From contig CAVSRH010000007.1 of NCBI GenBank assembly GCA_963730235.1, forward strand, positions 76,902-140,901: a stretch of 64,000 nucleotides of DNA, in the 5' to 3' direction. Below, one piece after another: positions 40,343 to 49,734 of this stretch. This stretch comes from an uncultured Actinomycetes bacterium. GTDB lineage: Bacteria; Actinomycetota; Actinomycetes; Streptosporangiales; Streptosporangiaceae. The notes beneath the pieces were generated by a model. That model ran no database searches. It was not told the origin of the DNA and saw only the letters and a list, made by a program, of their open reading frames with translations. Position 1 is the stretch's first letter. Each line of letters begins with the position of its first letter. The translations under genes were made by a program, and so were the position numbers.

Positions 40343-40590
40343 CCCTATACGGAAAGTTGCCCGATGAGCCGTCCCTGGCTGGCTGGGAGGGGAAGGCGGA
40401 AACGGCGGCACGGGCCACCCTGGCTATCCGGGAGGAATACCGGGGCGGCCATCGCCGGCACCGTTTCCTGGCCTTGCCGGGCCGGATAACGGGCGGCCCG
40501 GGCGGCGCGCCGCCGGTCACTCGCCTGGGGGGGTTGGCGGTGACCGGCGGTGCGCTCGCGGGCCCAGCCCGCGGCCTCCGCGCCGCCGGG

Positions 40591-41226
40591 TCAGCCGCCC
40601 GAGCCGGGCACGACGACGTTGACCGTCAGCAGCTTGACCGGCTTCGCGCAGGCCTGCGAGGTGTAGTGCAGGTAGACCGGCACGGTCTGGTTGGGCGGGA
40701 AGATCTGCAGCCAGTGGGAGGTCACCGGCGCGCACTTCTGCGCCGGGTAGTTGCCCGCGTCGACGATCCGGAGCAGGGCGTTGGCGACCCCGCCGGGAGC
40801 GAGGGTGACCAGTTGCCGCGGCGTGGCCGGGTTCTCCACGGCCGCCTCGCCGATCTGGGTCACCGGCTTGCCGCCCGCGAGCGAGACCCCCGGGTAGCCA
40901 TACAGGGTGCACGGGGAGCTGTTCAGGTTCTTGAAGTCGATCACCAGATAGCTGCTGCCCAGGGTGCCCTGCCCGATCCCGGCCGAGGCGCCCAGATAGC
41001 GGGACAGGCACGGGGCCGGTGGCGGCGGCGCGGGCGGTGCCGCGGGCGTCGCGGCCGCGACTGTCACCGGGTGGCGGTGATGGTGGTGGCCGTGGTGCGG
41101 CACGGTGAGCGTCCGGGCGGCCGGGGCAGGCCCGGTGACCTGAGGCGCGGCGGCGCCGCCCAGGCTGCCGCACGCGCAGGTGGCCAGGCCGGTGGCGGCC
41201 AGCAGCGTGATCACAAGGCTCCTCAT
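40591..41226 (-). CDS. DUF4232 domain lipoprotein with His-rich linker
   Basis: Lipobox LLAATGLATCAC, HHGHHHHRH stretch and a Pro/Ala linker. Domain with CLSRYL...SPCTLYGYPGVSL... Confidence 0.75.
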   Translation of the reverse strand: MRSLVITLLAATGLATCACGSLGGAAAPQVTGPAPAARTLTVPHHGHHHHRHPVTVAAATPAAPPAPPPPAPCLSRYLGASAGIGQGTLGSSYLVIDFKNLNSSPCTLYGYPGVSLAGGKPVTQIGEAAVENPATPRQLVTLAPGGVANALLRIVDAGNYPAQKCAPVTSHWLQIFPPNQTVPVYLHYTSQACAKPVKLLTVNVVVPGSGG

Positions 41227-41422
41227 CGCAGCTTCCCTTCACACGGAGGTAGATGCTGGTAGGAGCCGGCGCCACTCGTCGCGCCAACAGAAAATCGACT
41301 GCGTATCTTTGACTCGCCCGCGCGGGGTCACAACGAGGAGCCGGGAGGGTTGCAGAGCGGTAACGGCGGCGGTTATGGTGCGGGCGGAATGTTCTTTTTG
41401 CCCACTAGCTGGAGGGTTCTGC

Positions 41423-42305
41423 ATGCGTCTGCTGCGCTACCTGATCGTGTCTGGCTCGGCCGCTGCGATGGCCGGGGCTGTGACGCTGACCGGCGCTACT
41501 GCTGCCACCACTGTCGCCGCCCCCGCGCGGGTGAGCCACGCGACGTCGGCCCGGTTCCTCTCCGAGGCCAGGACCGAGATCGCCCGCTACCTGCGCCACT
41601 ATCGCCCGCAGGCCATGCTGGTCCACACGCGCGGCGCGCATGCCGTCAAGGGTGTGACCGCGGTCGGCAGCTTCAACTGGTCCGGCTACGCCGACACCTC
41701 CACCACGGCGCAGGAGTTCACTAAGGTCAGCGGTTCCTGGACGGCACCGAGCGTGAGCTGCAATGCCGAGGACCAGATCACCTCCGGCTGGGTCGGCCTG
41801 GACGGCTTCAACACCGCCACGGTCGAGCAGCTTGGCACGCTCGCCCAGTGCTTCCAGGGCACGGCCACCTACGCCACCTGGTACGAGATGTTCCCGGGCA
41901 GCCTGACCGTGGTGGGCACCACGCATCAAGCCCGGTGACAAGATCACCGCATCGGTGACGCGTACCGGCACCAGCTACGCGCTGAAATTGACCGACGCCA
42001 CCACCGCCGGCAACAGCTTCTCCGTCACGAAGACCTGCGCGCTGGCCACCTGCAAGGACGAGAGCGCCGAGTGGATCTCCGAGCGGCCCTCGTTCTCGAT
42101 CGGCATCGCACCGCAGGCGAAGTACAACGCCTTCAAGCTCACCAGCGGCACCGAGACCGCCGGGGGCAAGTCCGGCACGATCGGCACCGGTCCCGGCGTC
42201 AACTCCATCACCATGATCGATGCCACGCAGACCTACGACCTCAACACGGTCTCCGGCCTGACCGGAGGCAATAGCTTCAGCACGACCTGGAAGAACAGCT
42301 ACTAG
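41423..42305 (+). pseudogene. peptidase G1 (eqolisin, former A4) family protein, one frameshift
   Basis: Signal peptide. NWSGYA, SGSWTAPSVSC, WVGLDG and ATWYEMFP are in the first frame. KPGDKITASVTR...AEWISERP is in ORF 41955-42305. The switch is near 41925. Confidence 0.75.
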
Positions 42306-42337
42306 GCCGGTACCCGCACCGCTAGCCCGTACCTCAC

Positions 42338-42380
42338 CGCCGGGGCCCGGCGACGGCAGCGCCGCCGCCGGGCCCCGGCG
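42338..42380 (+). terminator. GC-rich stem-loop after the peptidase gene
   Basis: 15-bp stem (42338-52 / 42366-80) with a 13-nt loop and no T-tract. Confidence 0.5.
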
Positions 42381-42414
42381 CTTCGCCGCGCCGGCCGGGC
42401 GGCGCGCCGGGTGT

Positions 42415-42443
42415 TTGACGGGCCTGGGGAGAGGGGATAATGT
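42415..42443 (+). promoter_or_regulatory. sigma-70-type promoter TTGACG-N17-TAATGT
   Basis: -35 at 42415-20 and -10 at 42438-43, in an otherwise GC-rich spacer upstream of the GT4 gene. Confidence 0.5.
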
Positions 42444-42468
42444 CTCCCGAGAACGGTGCTTACGACGC

Positions 42469-42516
42469 AGGCACACCCTCACGCCGTCCTGGCGTGAAGC
42501 TGGGTGTGCCTTTTTT
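42469..42516 (+). terminator. intrinsic terminator/attenuator in the GT4 leader
   Basis: Outer stem aggcacaccc / gggtgtgcct and inner stem tcacgcc / ggcgtga, followed by TTTTTT (42511-16). About 25 nt downstream of the predicted TSS and 63 nt before ATG 42580. Confidence 0.6.
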
Positions 42517-42579
42517 GCGCTCGATGGCCGGTTACCTCGCGATGCCAGGGCTGCGGTAACCCCCCCAGGAGGCATCGAG

Positions 42580-43797
42580 ATGAGGATCGCCCTCGTCGCT
42601 CACCATGGCAGTCCGCTCAGCCCGGCCACCAGCCAGGAGCCGATGTCCCAGGCCGCCAGCGTCGCCGCGCACGCGCGGGGGCTGGCCAAGCTCGGGCACC
42701 GGGTCACCATCTATGCCAGGCGGGACTCACGCGCGCTGCCCGGCAGCGCGATCCTCGCCCCGGGGGTGACCGTCGAGCATGTCACCGCTGGACCGCCGGC
42801 GCCGCTGGCCGGTGCCGAACTGGCCGCCACCGTCGCCGAGTTCAGCGACCAGCTCGCACAGCGCTGGCGCCGGAACACCCCCGACGTCGTGCACGCATAC
42901 TTCTGGACGAGCGGCCTGGCCGCCCTGTCCGCCGCCCGCGGCCGCGACATCCCGCTGCTGCAGACGTTCGGCACGCTGGGCGTCGCGCACCGGCGGCACG
43001 GCAGCACCGTGGACGGCAATGACGTGCGGATCCGGCTGGAGGCCTGCCTCGCCCGAAACGCCGACACCGTGCTGGCCGGTACCGGTGCCGAAGCGGCCGA
43101 CCTGGTGAACATGGGCGTGCCGCGGGCGTCGGTGACCGTCGTCCCGTGTGGCGTGGACACTGATGAGTTCACCCCCGAGGGCCCGGCCGTCAAGCGCGGC
43201 ACCGGCCACCGCCTGCTCGCCGTGGTGACCCGGCTGGACCGCAACCAGGGCCTGGACACGCTGCTGCGGATGCTCACCCGGGTGCCCGGCGCCGAACTGG
43301 TGATCGCCGGTGGCCCGGCCAAGTCGCAGCTCCGCAAGGATGCGGCTTACCAGGACCTGACCGGCCTCGCCGGGCGCCTCGGCGTGGCGGACCGGGTGTC
43401 CTTCACCGGCAAGATCACCCCGGGCGGCCTGCCCGCGCTGCTCCGCTCGGCGGACCTGCTGGTGAGCGCGGCACCCTACGAGCCCTCCGGCGCGGTCGCC
43501 CTGGCCGCCATGGCGTGCGGCATCCCGGTCGCCGCGCCGGCCGTGGGTGGCTGCGCCGATGCCATTCTCGACGGGACCACCGGCGCGCTGATCCCGCCCG
43601 GCCGCCCCGACCTGTTCGCCCGCCGGGTGCGCGATCTGCTGTCCAGCCCGCTGCGGCTGGAGGCGTTCGGGATCGCCGCCGCCGACCGGGCCACCGCGCG
43701 GTATTCCTGGGACCGCATCAGCAGGGAGACCGTGGCGGCCTACGAGCACTGCCTGCGGCCCGCGGCCGCAAGCCTTGTCGGTGCCGAGTCCGGCTGA
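42580..43797 (+). CDS. glycosyltransferase family 4
   Basis: ATG 42580 with CAGGAGG RBS. MRIALVAHHGSPL and C-terminal EPSGAVALAAMACGIPVAA (E-x7-E region). Confidence 0.88.
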   Translation: MRIALVAHHGSPLSPATSQEPMSQAASVAAHARGLAKLGHRVTIYARRDSRALPGSAILAPGVTVEHVTAGPPAPLAGAELAATVAEFSDQLAQRWRRNTPDVVHAYFWTSGLAALSAARGRDIPLLQTFGTLGVAHRRHGSTVDGNDVRIRLEACLARNADTVLAGTGAEAADLVNMGVPRASVTVVPCGVDTDEFTPEGPAVKRGTGHRLLAVVTRLDRNQGLDTLLRMLTRVPGAELVIAGGPAKSQLRKDAAYQDLTGLAGRLGVADRVSFTGKITPGGLPALLRSADLLVSAAPYEPSGAVALAAMACGIPVAAPAVGGCADAILDGTTGALIPPGRPDLFARRVRDLLSSPLRLEAFGIAAADRATARYSWDRISRETVAAYEHCLRPAAASLVGAESG

Positions 43798-43826
43798 CTC
43801 ACCCCTGGCCGGGTATCGAGCACCAC

Positions 43827-43863
43827 GCCGGGCGGGACGGTGACCACCGTCCCGCCCGGCTTT
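43827..43863 (+). terminator. intrinsic terminator after the GT4 gene
   Basis: 16-bp perfect inverted repeat gccgggcgggacggtg / caccgtcccgcccggc, followed by TTT. A second perfect 11-bp hairpin lies at 43869-43892. Confidence 0.7.
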
Positions 43864-43965
43864 CGCTGCTCCCCGCCGGTTCCGGCGGGGAGCCGATCGT
43901 GACACGCTGGCAGCAGGCACGGGCCGTGTCCCGGACCGCCGGGCAGGGATTGAACGGGAGGTGAC

Positions 43966-44688
43966 GTGCCCCGCTCCGACCTCGCGCAAGAGGCGGCTGA
44001 GCTGCTGAGCATCGCGAACACCTCCGAGCCGGGATCGCTCAACCGGCTGGTGGTGCTTGCCGCGCGCCAGGTGGTGGCGTGCTCGGGTGCCACAGCCCTG
44101 CTGTGGCGTGGCAGCGAGCCTGCCATGCGCGCGGCCAGCCATCCCGACCTGCCGGAGCTTGACGACGTACAGCTGTCAAGCGGGCGCGGGCCGATGCTGG
44201 ACGCCCTGTCCGGCACCGGCCCGGTGAGCTGCCCCGACACGCTGGCGGAGACCCGGTGGCCGGAGTATGCCAGCGCGGCGCTGCGCCGTGGCGTGCGCTG
44301 CTGTGTCACGCTGGCCTACCAGTCCGGCGGCGATGCGGTCACCCTGTCACTGGTCGGCGCACGGCCGCGGTCCCTCGAACCCGGCCAGCTCGCCGAACTG
44401 CTCACCGCCTTCGGCGGCGCGGTGATGGGCAACGCCGCCGAGTATGGCGACGCCAAGCGCACCGCGCTCCAGTTGCGCGCTGCCGCCGAGTCACGGGCGC
44501 TGGTGGACCAGGCGAAGGGCATGCTGATGCAGGCGCTCGGCTGCAGCGCCGAGGACGCCCTGGAGAAGCTGCGGCAGATCTCCCAGGAGCGCAACCTGCG
44601 GGTCACCGATGTAGCCAGGACGATCATCGAGTCCCGCGGTGCGCGGGGGGCACGGGCCGCCGGCGGAAATGGTTCAGCCCGGCGGTGA
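43966..44688 (+). CDS. GAF and ANTAR domain-containing RNA-binding regulator
   Basis: GTG 43966 with GGGAGG RBS. C-terminal ANTAR: ESRALVDQAKGMLMQALGCSAEDALEKLRQISQERNLRVTDVARTII. Confidence 0.85.
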   Translation: MPRSDLAQEAAELLSIANTSEPGSLNRLVVLAARQVVACSGATALLWRGSEPAMRAASHPDLPELDDVQLSSGRGPMLDALSGTGPVSCPDTLAETRWPEYASAALRRGVRCCVTLAYQSGGDAVTLSLVGARPRSLEPGQLAELLTAFGGAVMGNAAEYGDAKRTALQLRAAAESRALVDQAKGMLMQALGCSAEDALEKLRQISQERNLRVTDVARTIIESRGARGARAAGGNGSARR

Positions 44689-44704
44689 CCCGCCGGGCTG
44701 AACC
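44671..44704. terminator. perfect 15-bp stem-loop spanning the ANTAR stop codon
   Basis: ggttcagcccggcgg / ccgccgggctgaacc with loop tgac. Lies between convergent genes. Confidence 0.65.
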
Positions 44705-44761
44705 TAGGCCCGCGCTGCCCGGGGCTGGCGCCTGTTTCCCGGCTGGCGCCGGCTGCGCGGC

Positions 44762-45274
44762 CTATTCCTCGACGTACTGCTCGACGACCTCCTCGGCCGG
44801 GAGCGGGCCGCCCGGGGACGCCGCCGCCTCGGCGGCCGCCCAGTCGGCCTCGGCTTGGTCCACGACGGCCTGCCGCTCGGCGGCCAGCCGCTCCGGGTCG
44901 GGGCCCGGGTCTGCCGCGGGTGCCGCGAAGCCGTCCGGGGCCGGGTCCTCGAGCGGCTCAACGACCGTCGGCATATCCGGGCTCGCCGCTGCCTCCTCCG
45001 CGACCCCGTCGGCGCCCGGGTTGAGCATGATGTAGGGCGGGTAGCGCTTCTCCTCGACCCGGTCCACGACCGGCCGCCCGCCGGGTCCCCGCCGCAGCAC
45101 CGTCCGGCGGCGCAGCCACCCGTAGCCGCGCCGCGGTATGGCGATCCCGATGGCACCGGTCAGCATGATCACCCAGCCGACCACCTGGATGTTCAGCCAC
45201 GACGGGTGGCCCTGCACCGCGAATGCGAGAATTGCGCCAAGCGCTATCAAGAACAGTCCAGTCACGGTTCTCAT
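44762..45274 (-). CDS. DUF6458-like membrane protein
   Basis: 170 aa. N-terminal GLFLIALGAILAFAV...VGWVIMLTGAIGIAI, then an acidic Pro/Ala-rich tail. Sits 49 nt downstream of the sigma factor gene on the same strand. Confidence 0.6.
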   Translation of the reverse strand: MRTVTGLFLIALGAILAFAVQGHPSWLNIQVVGWVIMLTGAIGIAIPRRGYGWLRRRTVLRRGPGGRPVVDRVEEKRYPPYIMLNPGADGVAEEAAASPDMPTVVEPLEDPAPDGFAAPAADPGPDPERLAAERQAVVDQAEADWAAAEAAASPGGPLPAEEVVEQYVEE

Positions 45275-45323
45275 GGCTGTCCTTTCTTATTTCGTCAGGC
45301 ACGTGCCGTCCGGCGGGAGCCGG

Positions 45324-46151
45324 TCAGCGCGGCTCGTCGCCGGAATCCTGGCCGAGCATGCGCTCCCGCAGATAGCTGAGCGCGCCTGCAAGCAGCCGGG
45401 ACACGTGCATCTGCGAAATGCCAAGGCGTTCCCCGATCTCGGCCTGGGTCATGTTGCCGTAGAAGCGCATCATCAGCAGGCGCTGCTCGCGCACCGGAAG
45501 GTCGCCCCAGTGCGCCCAGACAGTCTCCATGTCGAGGGTGTGCTCAAGCTGCGGGTCGTCCTCGCCGAGGATGTCGGCCAGGTTTCCCGGGTCCGGCCCG
45601 GTGGACCGCGGCGCGTCCAGCGAGGAAGCCTGGAAGGCAAGGTCGGCGCGCTGTGCGTCGCGCAGCTCGTCGTGGCTGATGCCCAGGTGCTCGGCCAGTT
45701 CGTCATCCTTGGGCGCCCGGGAAAGCTGCTGGGTCAGGTCGGCGCGGGCCCGGCACAGCTCCAGCCGCAGCTCCTGGGTGGAGCGCTTGACGTGCACGTG
45801 CCACCGCTTGTCCCGGAAGTGCCGCTTGATCTCGCCGGCGATGCAGGGCTGCGCGTAGGACGCGAGGTTGCTGCCGAAGGCCGGATCGAAGTTGTTGATG
45901 GCCTTGAGCAGGCCGACGTACCCGACCTGCATCAGCTCCTCGGATGACTCGGGGCTGTGCCGGTATCGCTGGGCGCACGCCCGGACCAGCGACTCGTACC
46001 GGCCGATGAGTTGCTCGTAGGCAACGTCGCGCTCCTCGCTGCCCCGCGGCAGCGACTGGACCAGCTTCACCAGTTCCGGGTCACCGAGGTCCGCGGCGGC
46101 TGGGGCGTCGTCCGGGGCCGGTGTGCGCGGGCGGGAGATAACGGCGGTCAT
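45324..46151 (-). CDS. RNA polymerase sigma factor, SigB/SigF/SigG-like
   Basis: 275-aa intact ORF. ELMQVGYVGLLKAINNF, KRHFRDKRWHVHVKR and TQAEIGERLGISQMHVSRLL. Confidence 0.9.
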   Translation of the reverse strand: MTAVISRPRTPAPDDAPAAADLGDPELVKLVQSLPRGSEERDVAYEQLIGRYESLVRACAQRYRHSPESSEELMQVGYVGLLKAINNFDPAFGSNLASYAQPCIAGEIKRHFRDKRWHVHVKRSTQELRLELCRARADLTQQLSRAPKDDELAEHLGISHDELRDAQRADLAFQASSLDAPRSTGPDPGNLADILGEDDPQLEHTLDMETVWAHWGDLPVREQRLLMMRFYGNMTQAEIGERLGISQMHVSRLLAGALSYLRERMLGQDSGDEPR

Positions 46152-46387
46152 TGGCGATCACCTGCTGCGTTTCGGTTCTGCACAGGACGTTCGTGCCCGC
46201 TGTGCAGGGTCTAAACATGGCTGCTCGTGCCCGACCCCTTACCGGGGCCGTTTACCCAGCTCAAGGACCTGTTTGCGGGCTCAGATGCACGGCAGGGAGT
46301 TTGAAAGGCGCTTCGCGCGGTACCTGTCGGCCCGAGCGGGATGCGAACTCCCGCGAACTAAGGGCACTGCGACCTATGGAGGCACCG

Positions 46388-46585
46388 ATGCGTATCGGGT
46401 CGATCCTTCTACTGATATGGCTGGTCATTGGCGCGATTGCCGCCGGTCAGCGAAACTACTACAGCGATTCGCATGAGAACTGCGCCCATGCCGGGACGAT
46501 CGCGGTGACCATTCTCGCGGGACCGCTGAACTACGTCGGCGTGAACCCGAAGGTCGCCTGTCATTTCCCGCAGCCGAGCCAGTGA
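46388..46585 (+). CDS. small membrane protein (65 aa)
   Basis: GGAGG 5 nt before ATG 46388. MRIGSILLLIWLVIGAIAAGQRNYY...GPLNYVGVNPKVAC. High GC3. Confidence 0.55.
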   Translation: MRIGSILLLIWLVIGAIAAGQRNYYSDSHENCAHAGTIAVTILAGPLNYVGVNPKVACHFPQPSQ

Positions 46586-46616
46586 GCTTCCCCCGGCGTT
46601 CGGAAGGAGCTGTCAG

Positions 46617-46793
46617 ATGCTTGCCGTCATCGCGGCCGTCATCTTCGTCATCGCCTACATCCTGAAGCTCACCGGGACCGCCACCAGCGCGGCCGTGGCC
46701 CCGGACAGCCTCCTGTTCATCGGCCTGGCCCTGGTTGCCCTGCACCTCACCGGGGCCGGGCCGGCCTGGTCGTGGTCACGGCGCCGCCGCTGA
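46617..46793 (+). CDS. small membrane protein (58 aa, below the ORF-track cutoff)
   Basis: GGAAGGAG 7 nt before ATG 46617. MLAVIAAVIFVIAYILKL...LLFIGLALVALHL...RRRR. High GC3. Confidence 0.5.
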   Translation: MLAVIAAVIFVIAYILKLTGTATSAAVAPDSLLFIGLALVALHLTGAGPAWSWSRRRR

Positions 46794-46803
46794 CCATCGT
46801 GCT

Positions 46804-46835
46804 GACCGCCGGCCAGCCCGCCCTGGCCGGCGGTC
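46804..46835. terminator. perfect 13-bp stem-loop
   Basis: gaccgccggccag / ctggccggcggtc with loop cccgcc. Lies between convergent genes. Confidence 0.6.
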
Positions 46836-46890
46836 GGTCTGCTACTGGCCGGCGGCCCGCCCGGGCCGTCGGCCAGCGCGTGTGAGCTGG

Positions 46891-46920
46891 TCTAGTAGTC
46901 GCGGCTCTAGTAGTCGCGGC
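46891..46920. repeat. perfect 15-bp tandem duplication covering a stop codon
   Basis: tctagtagtcgcggc x2. On the minus strand it reads ...GRDY*SRDY*. Confidence 0.95.
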
Positions 46921-47509
46921 CCGGGTAGGCCTGGCCCTCGCCCTGGTAGCCCTGCCCCTGGTAGCCCTGCCCCGGGTAGTTCTGGCTGGGCGGCCCGGCG
47001 GGCACCGTGCGGACCCGCGTCGCCCGCTCACCGACACCGGCGATCAAGGTCCCGATGGCGATGCCGATGATGAGGTAGAGCGCCGCCGTGGCGATCTCGT
47101 GGGACAGCGCCGCGCCGGTGCGGAACGGGAAGACCACCACGATCACCGTCACCAGGCCGACGATCCAGCCGAAGAAGACCATCGGCCGTGGCGTGCTCAG
47201 CAGCAGCAGGTGCGCGAGGAGCGTCGCGACCAGTGCCGCGGCCGCGGCGAGGAGCACCAGCGTCGTGGTGTGCGCGTCGCCGTAGGCCCCGTAGCGCTTG
47301 GGAGCGAGGATCGGGATGTGGAACAGCCAGCGGCACACCAGCACGCCGACCAGCGCGATCAGCCCCGCGACGACCGCGGTCGCCACCCCGCCGGACCACA
47401 ACTGGCGGGCGTCCACCGTGGGGCGGCCCCGGCGCTGCGGCGGATACGCGGGCTGTTCCTGTGGATATGGCCGTCTGTCCGGGGTATTGGGCTGCATCGG
47501 TACTGTCAT
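46907..47509 (-). CDS. integral membrane protein with Pro/Gln/Tyr-rich termini
   Basis: 200-aa ORF. Four predicted TM helices and a C-terminal YPGQGYQGQGYQGEGQAYPGRDY. Confidence 0.6.
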   Translation of the reverse strand: MTVPMQPNTPDRRPYPQEQPAYPPQRRGRPTVDARQLWSGGVATAVVAGLIALVGVLVCRWLFHIPILAPKRYGAYGDAHTTTLVLLAAAAALVATLLAHLLLLSTPRPMVFFGWIVGLVTVIVVVFPFRTGAALSHEIATAALYLIIGIAIGTLIAGVGERATRVRTVPAGPPSQNYPGQGYQGQGYQGEGQAYPGRDY

Positions 47510-47630
47510 GATTTCTCAGGCCTTCCGTCTGGCCGCGCCTTACGCAGCCGTCGTGCTGTCCTCACCGCCAGACCGCGTTCCAAACACGGGTGCGCGCGGG
47601 CGCCGCGGTCCTGGCCAGGCCGGCCGCGGG

Positions 47631-48268
47631 TCAGGGCCCGGCGAGGATGACTTCGAGCGTCCGCGGGCCGTGCACGCCCTGGACCCGGTCAAGCTCGATG
47701 TCGCTGGTGGCCGAGGGCCCGCTGATCCAGGTGCAGGGCCGGCCCGGTTCCAGGCGGCCCAGGGCCTGTGGGACGATCCCGACGATCTGGCTGGCGTGCA
47801 GGATGCACAGGTGGTAGTCGGGGACCAGGCTCAGGGCACGGCGGCCCTGGCCCGGGCCGCCGTCGAGGATGATCGTCCCGGTTTCCGCGATGGCGAGGGC
47901 GGCGCGTGGTGACGACGCCGTCGGCGGCGTCCAGCAGGCCGGCGGAGAGGCCGTCGTCGGCGAGGAACGTGACGCCATCCGGGGCGGCGCCGTCCAGGCT
48001 GAGGCCCGGCGGCAGCACCACCCGGCGTGCGCCGCGCTCGGCCAGCGCCTCGCCCACCGAGCGCGCCACCCCGCCGGCGCCGCAGCGGCGGACGCTGGTC
48101 CCATAATCGCGCAGCCGCTCGGTGAGCAGGCTGATCAGCGCCGGGATGTCCTGATCGGTACCGGTACGGTAACCGCGCGGGATGCTCGGCGGGAGCGCTG
48201 GCCCCGGCGCCAAGCGCGGCGCGGATGCGGGCAAGCACCTCCGCCCGCGCGGCGTCAGCCCCGGCCAT
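47631..48268 (-). pseudogene. lutC: lactate utilisation protein C (LutC/YkgG family), two frameshifts
   Basis: MAGADAARAEVLARIRAAL, then [20 protein letters not shown], then [31 protein letters not shown]. The three pieces are in three frames. Switches lie near 48170 and 47900. Confidence 0.75.
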
Positions 48269-49734
48269 CGTTACCCCCATGCTCGGCCTGCCACCATTCG
48301 CGGAAGGTCCTGGCCGGGGGAGCGGGCGCGTCCCGGGCGGCGGTCCAGGCCGACAGCGGCGGCGGCAGCCGCCGGATCCGGCCGCCGCGGCGCAGCGCCC
48401 GCCCCGTCCGGCCGGTCCGCAGCGCGGCCGCGTACCGGCCCGGGCTGGCCATCACCCACGACGCTGCCGCCATGGCGGCCGCCTCCGCGGTGGGCACCCG
48501 CCGCGCCCGGGCGGCCTCCTCGACATGCCGGGCGCGCAGGTGGACCAGCATCGACGGGATGTCGATCTTGACCGGGCAGACCTCGTAGCAGGCGCCGCAG
48601 AGCGACGAGGCGTACGGCAGCGATGCGTTGTCCTCCACCCCGGTGAGCTGCGGTGACAGCACCGCGCCGATGGGGCCCGGGTACACCGAGCCGTAGGCGT
48701 GGCCGCCGGTGCGCTCATAGACCGGGCAGACGTTCAGGCACGCGGAGCAGCGGATGCAGTGCAGCGCCTGCCCGGCCGGCCGGGTCGGCCAGCGCTGCCG
48801 TCCGGCCGTTGTCCAGCAGCACCAGGTGGAACCGCTGCGGGCCGTCGCCGGGGGTCACCCCGGTCCACATCGAGGTGTAGGGGTTCATCCGCTCGCCGGT
48901 GGACGAGCGGGGCAGCAACTGGAGGAACACCTCCAGGTCCCGCCAGGACGGGATCACCTTCTCGATGCCCATCACGGTGATCAGCGTGTCCGGCAGGGTC
49001 AGGCACATCCGGCCGTTGCCCTCGGACTCCACCACGCACAGCGTCCCGGTCTGCGCGATGGCGAAGTTCGCGCCGCTGATGCCGACGCGCGCGGACAGGA
49101 ACCGGCGGCGCAGGTGGAGCCGGGCGGCCTCGGCGAGCGCGGCCGGCGTGTCGGTCAGCCCCGGATCCACGTCGGCCATCTCGCGCAGGAAGATCTCCCT
49201 GATCTCGGCCCGGTTGCGGTGGATGGCGGGCACCAGGATGTGCGAGGGCCGGTCGTGCCCGAGCTGGACGATCAGCTCGGCAAGGTCGGTCTCGTGGGCG
49301 GTGATCCCGGCCGCGGCCAGGGCCTCGTTGAGCCCGATCTCGTCGGTGACGATCGACTTGACCTTGACCACCTCGGCCGCCCCGGTGCCGCGGACCAGGC
49401 CGGTCACGATGCGGTTGGCCTCGTTCGCGTCCCGCGCCCAGTGCACGGTGCCGCCGCGCGCGGTGACCTGGCCTTCGAGTTGTTCAAGGTAGCGGTCCAG
49501 GTGGGCGAGCGTGTGCTGCTTGATCGCCTGCCCGGCCGCGCGCAGCTCCTCCCAGTCCGGCAGCTCGGCCACCACGGCGGCGCGCTTGGCCCGGATCGTG
49601 CGGGTGGCCTTGCCGAGGTTGCGCCGCAGCTGGGTGTTGGCCAGCGCCGCGCGGGCCGCCTCCGGGAACGGCTCGTCGCCGCGCAGGTGCCCGACCCCGC
49701 GCGGGGCGTACGGCATGCCCAGGAAGGTGCTCAT
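48255..49734 (-). pseudogene. lutB: lactate utilisation protein B (LutB, 4Fe-4S), one frameshift
   Basis: ATG 49734 overlaps the lutA stop. Removing one base from the CCC run at 48771-73 restores ALHCIRCSACLNVCPVYERTGGHAYGSVYPGPIGAV, joining ORF 48715-50337 to ORF 48255-48686. Confidence 0.85.

Noticed and set aside
42524-42558. 11-codon uORF (MAGYLAMPGLR) between the leader terminator and the GT4 RBS as a leader peptide.
   Set aside because: It has no RBS and no regulatory codon pattern, and it overlaps the ggttacc/ggtaacc hairpin. It cannot be supported from sequence alone.
43827-43892. Tandem hairpins upstream of the ANTAR gene as the canonical ANTAR dual-hexaloop RNA target.
   Set aside because: The stems are 16 and 11 bp with 2-nt nominal loops. 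The described target has two short stems with hexaloops (conserved A1/G4). The first hairpin is better explained as the GT4 terminator.
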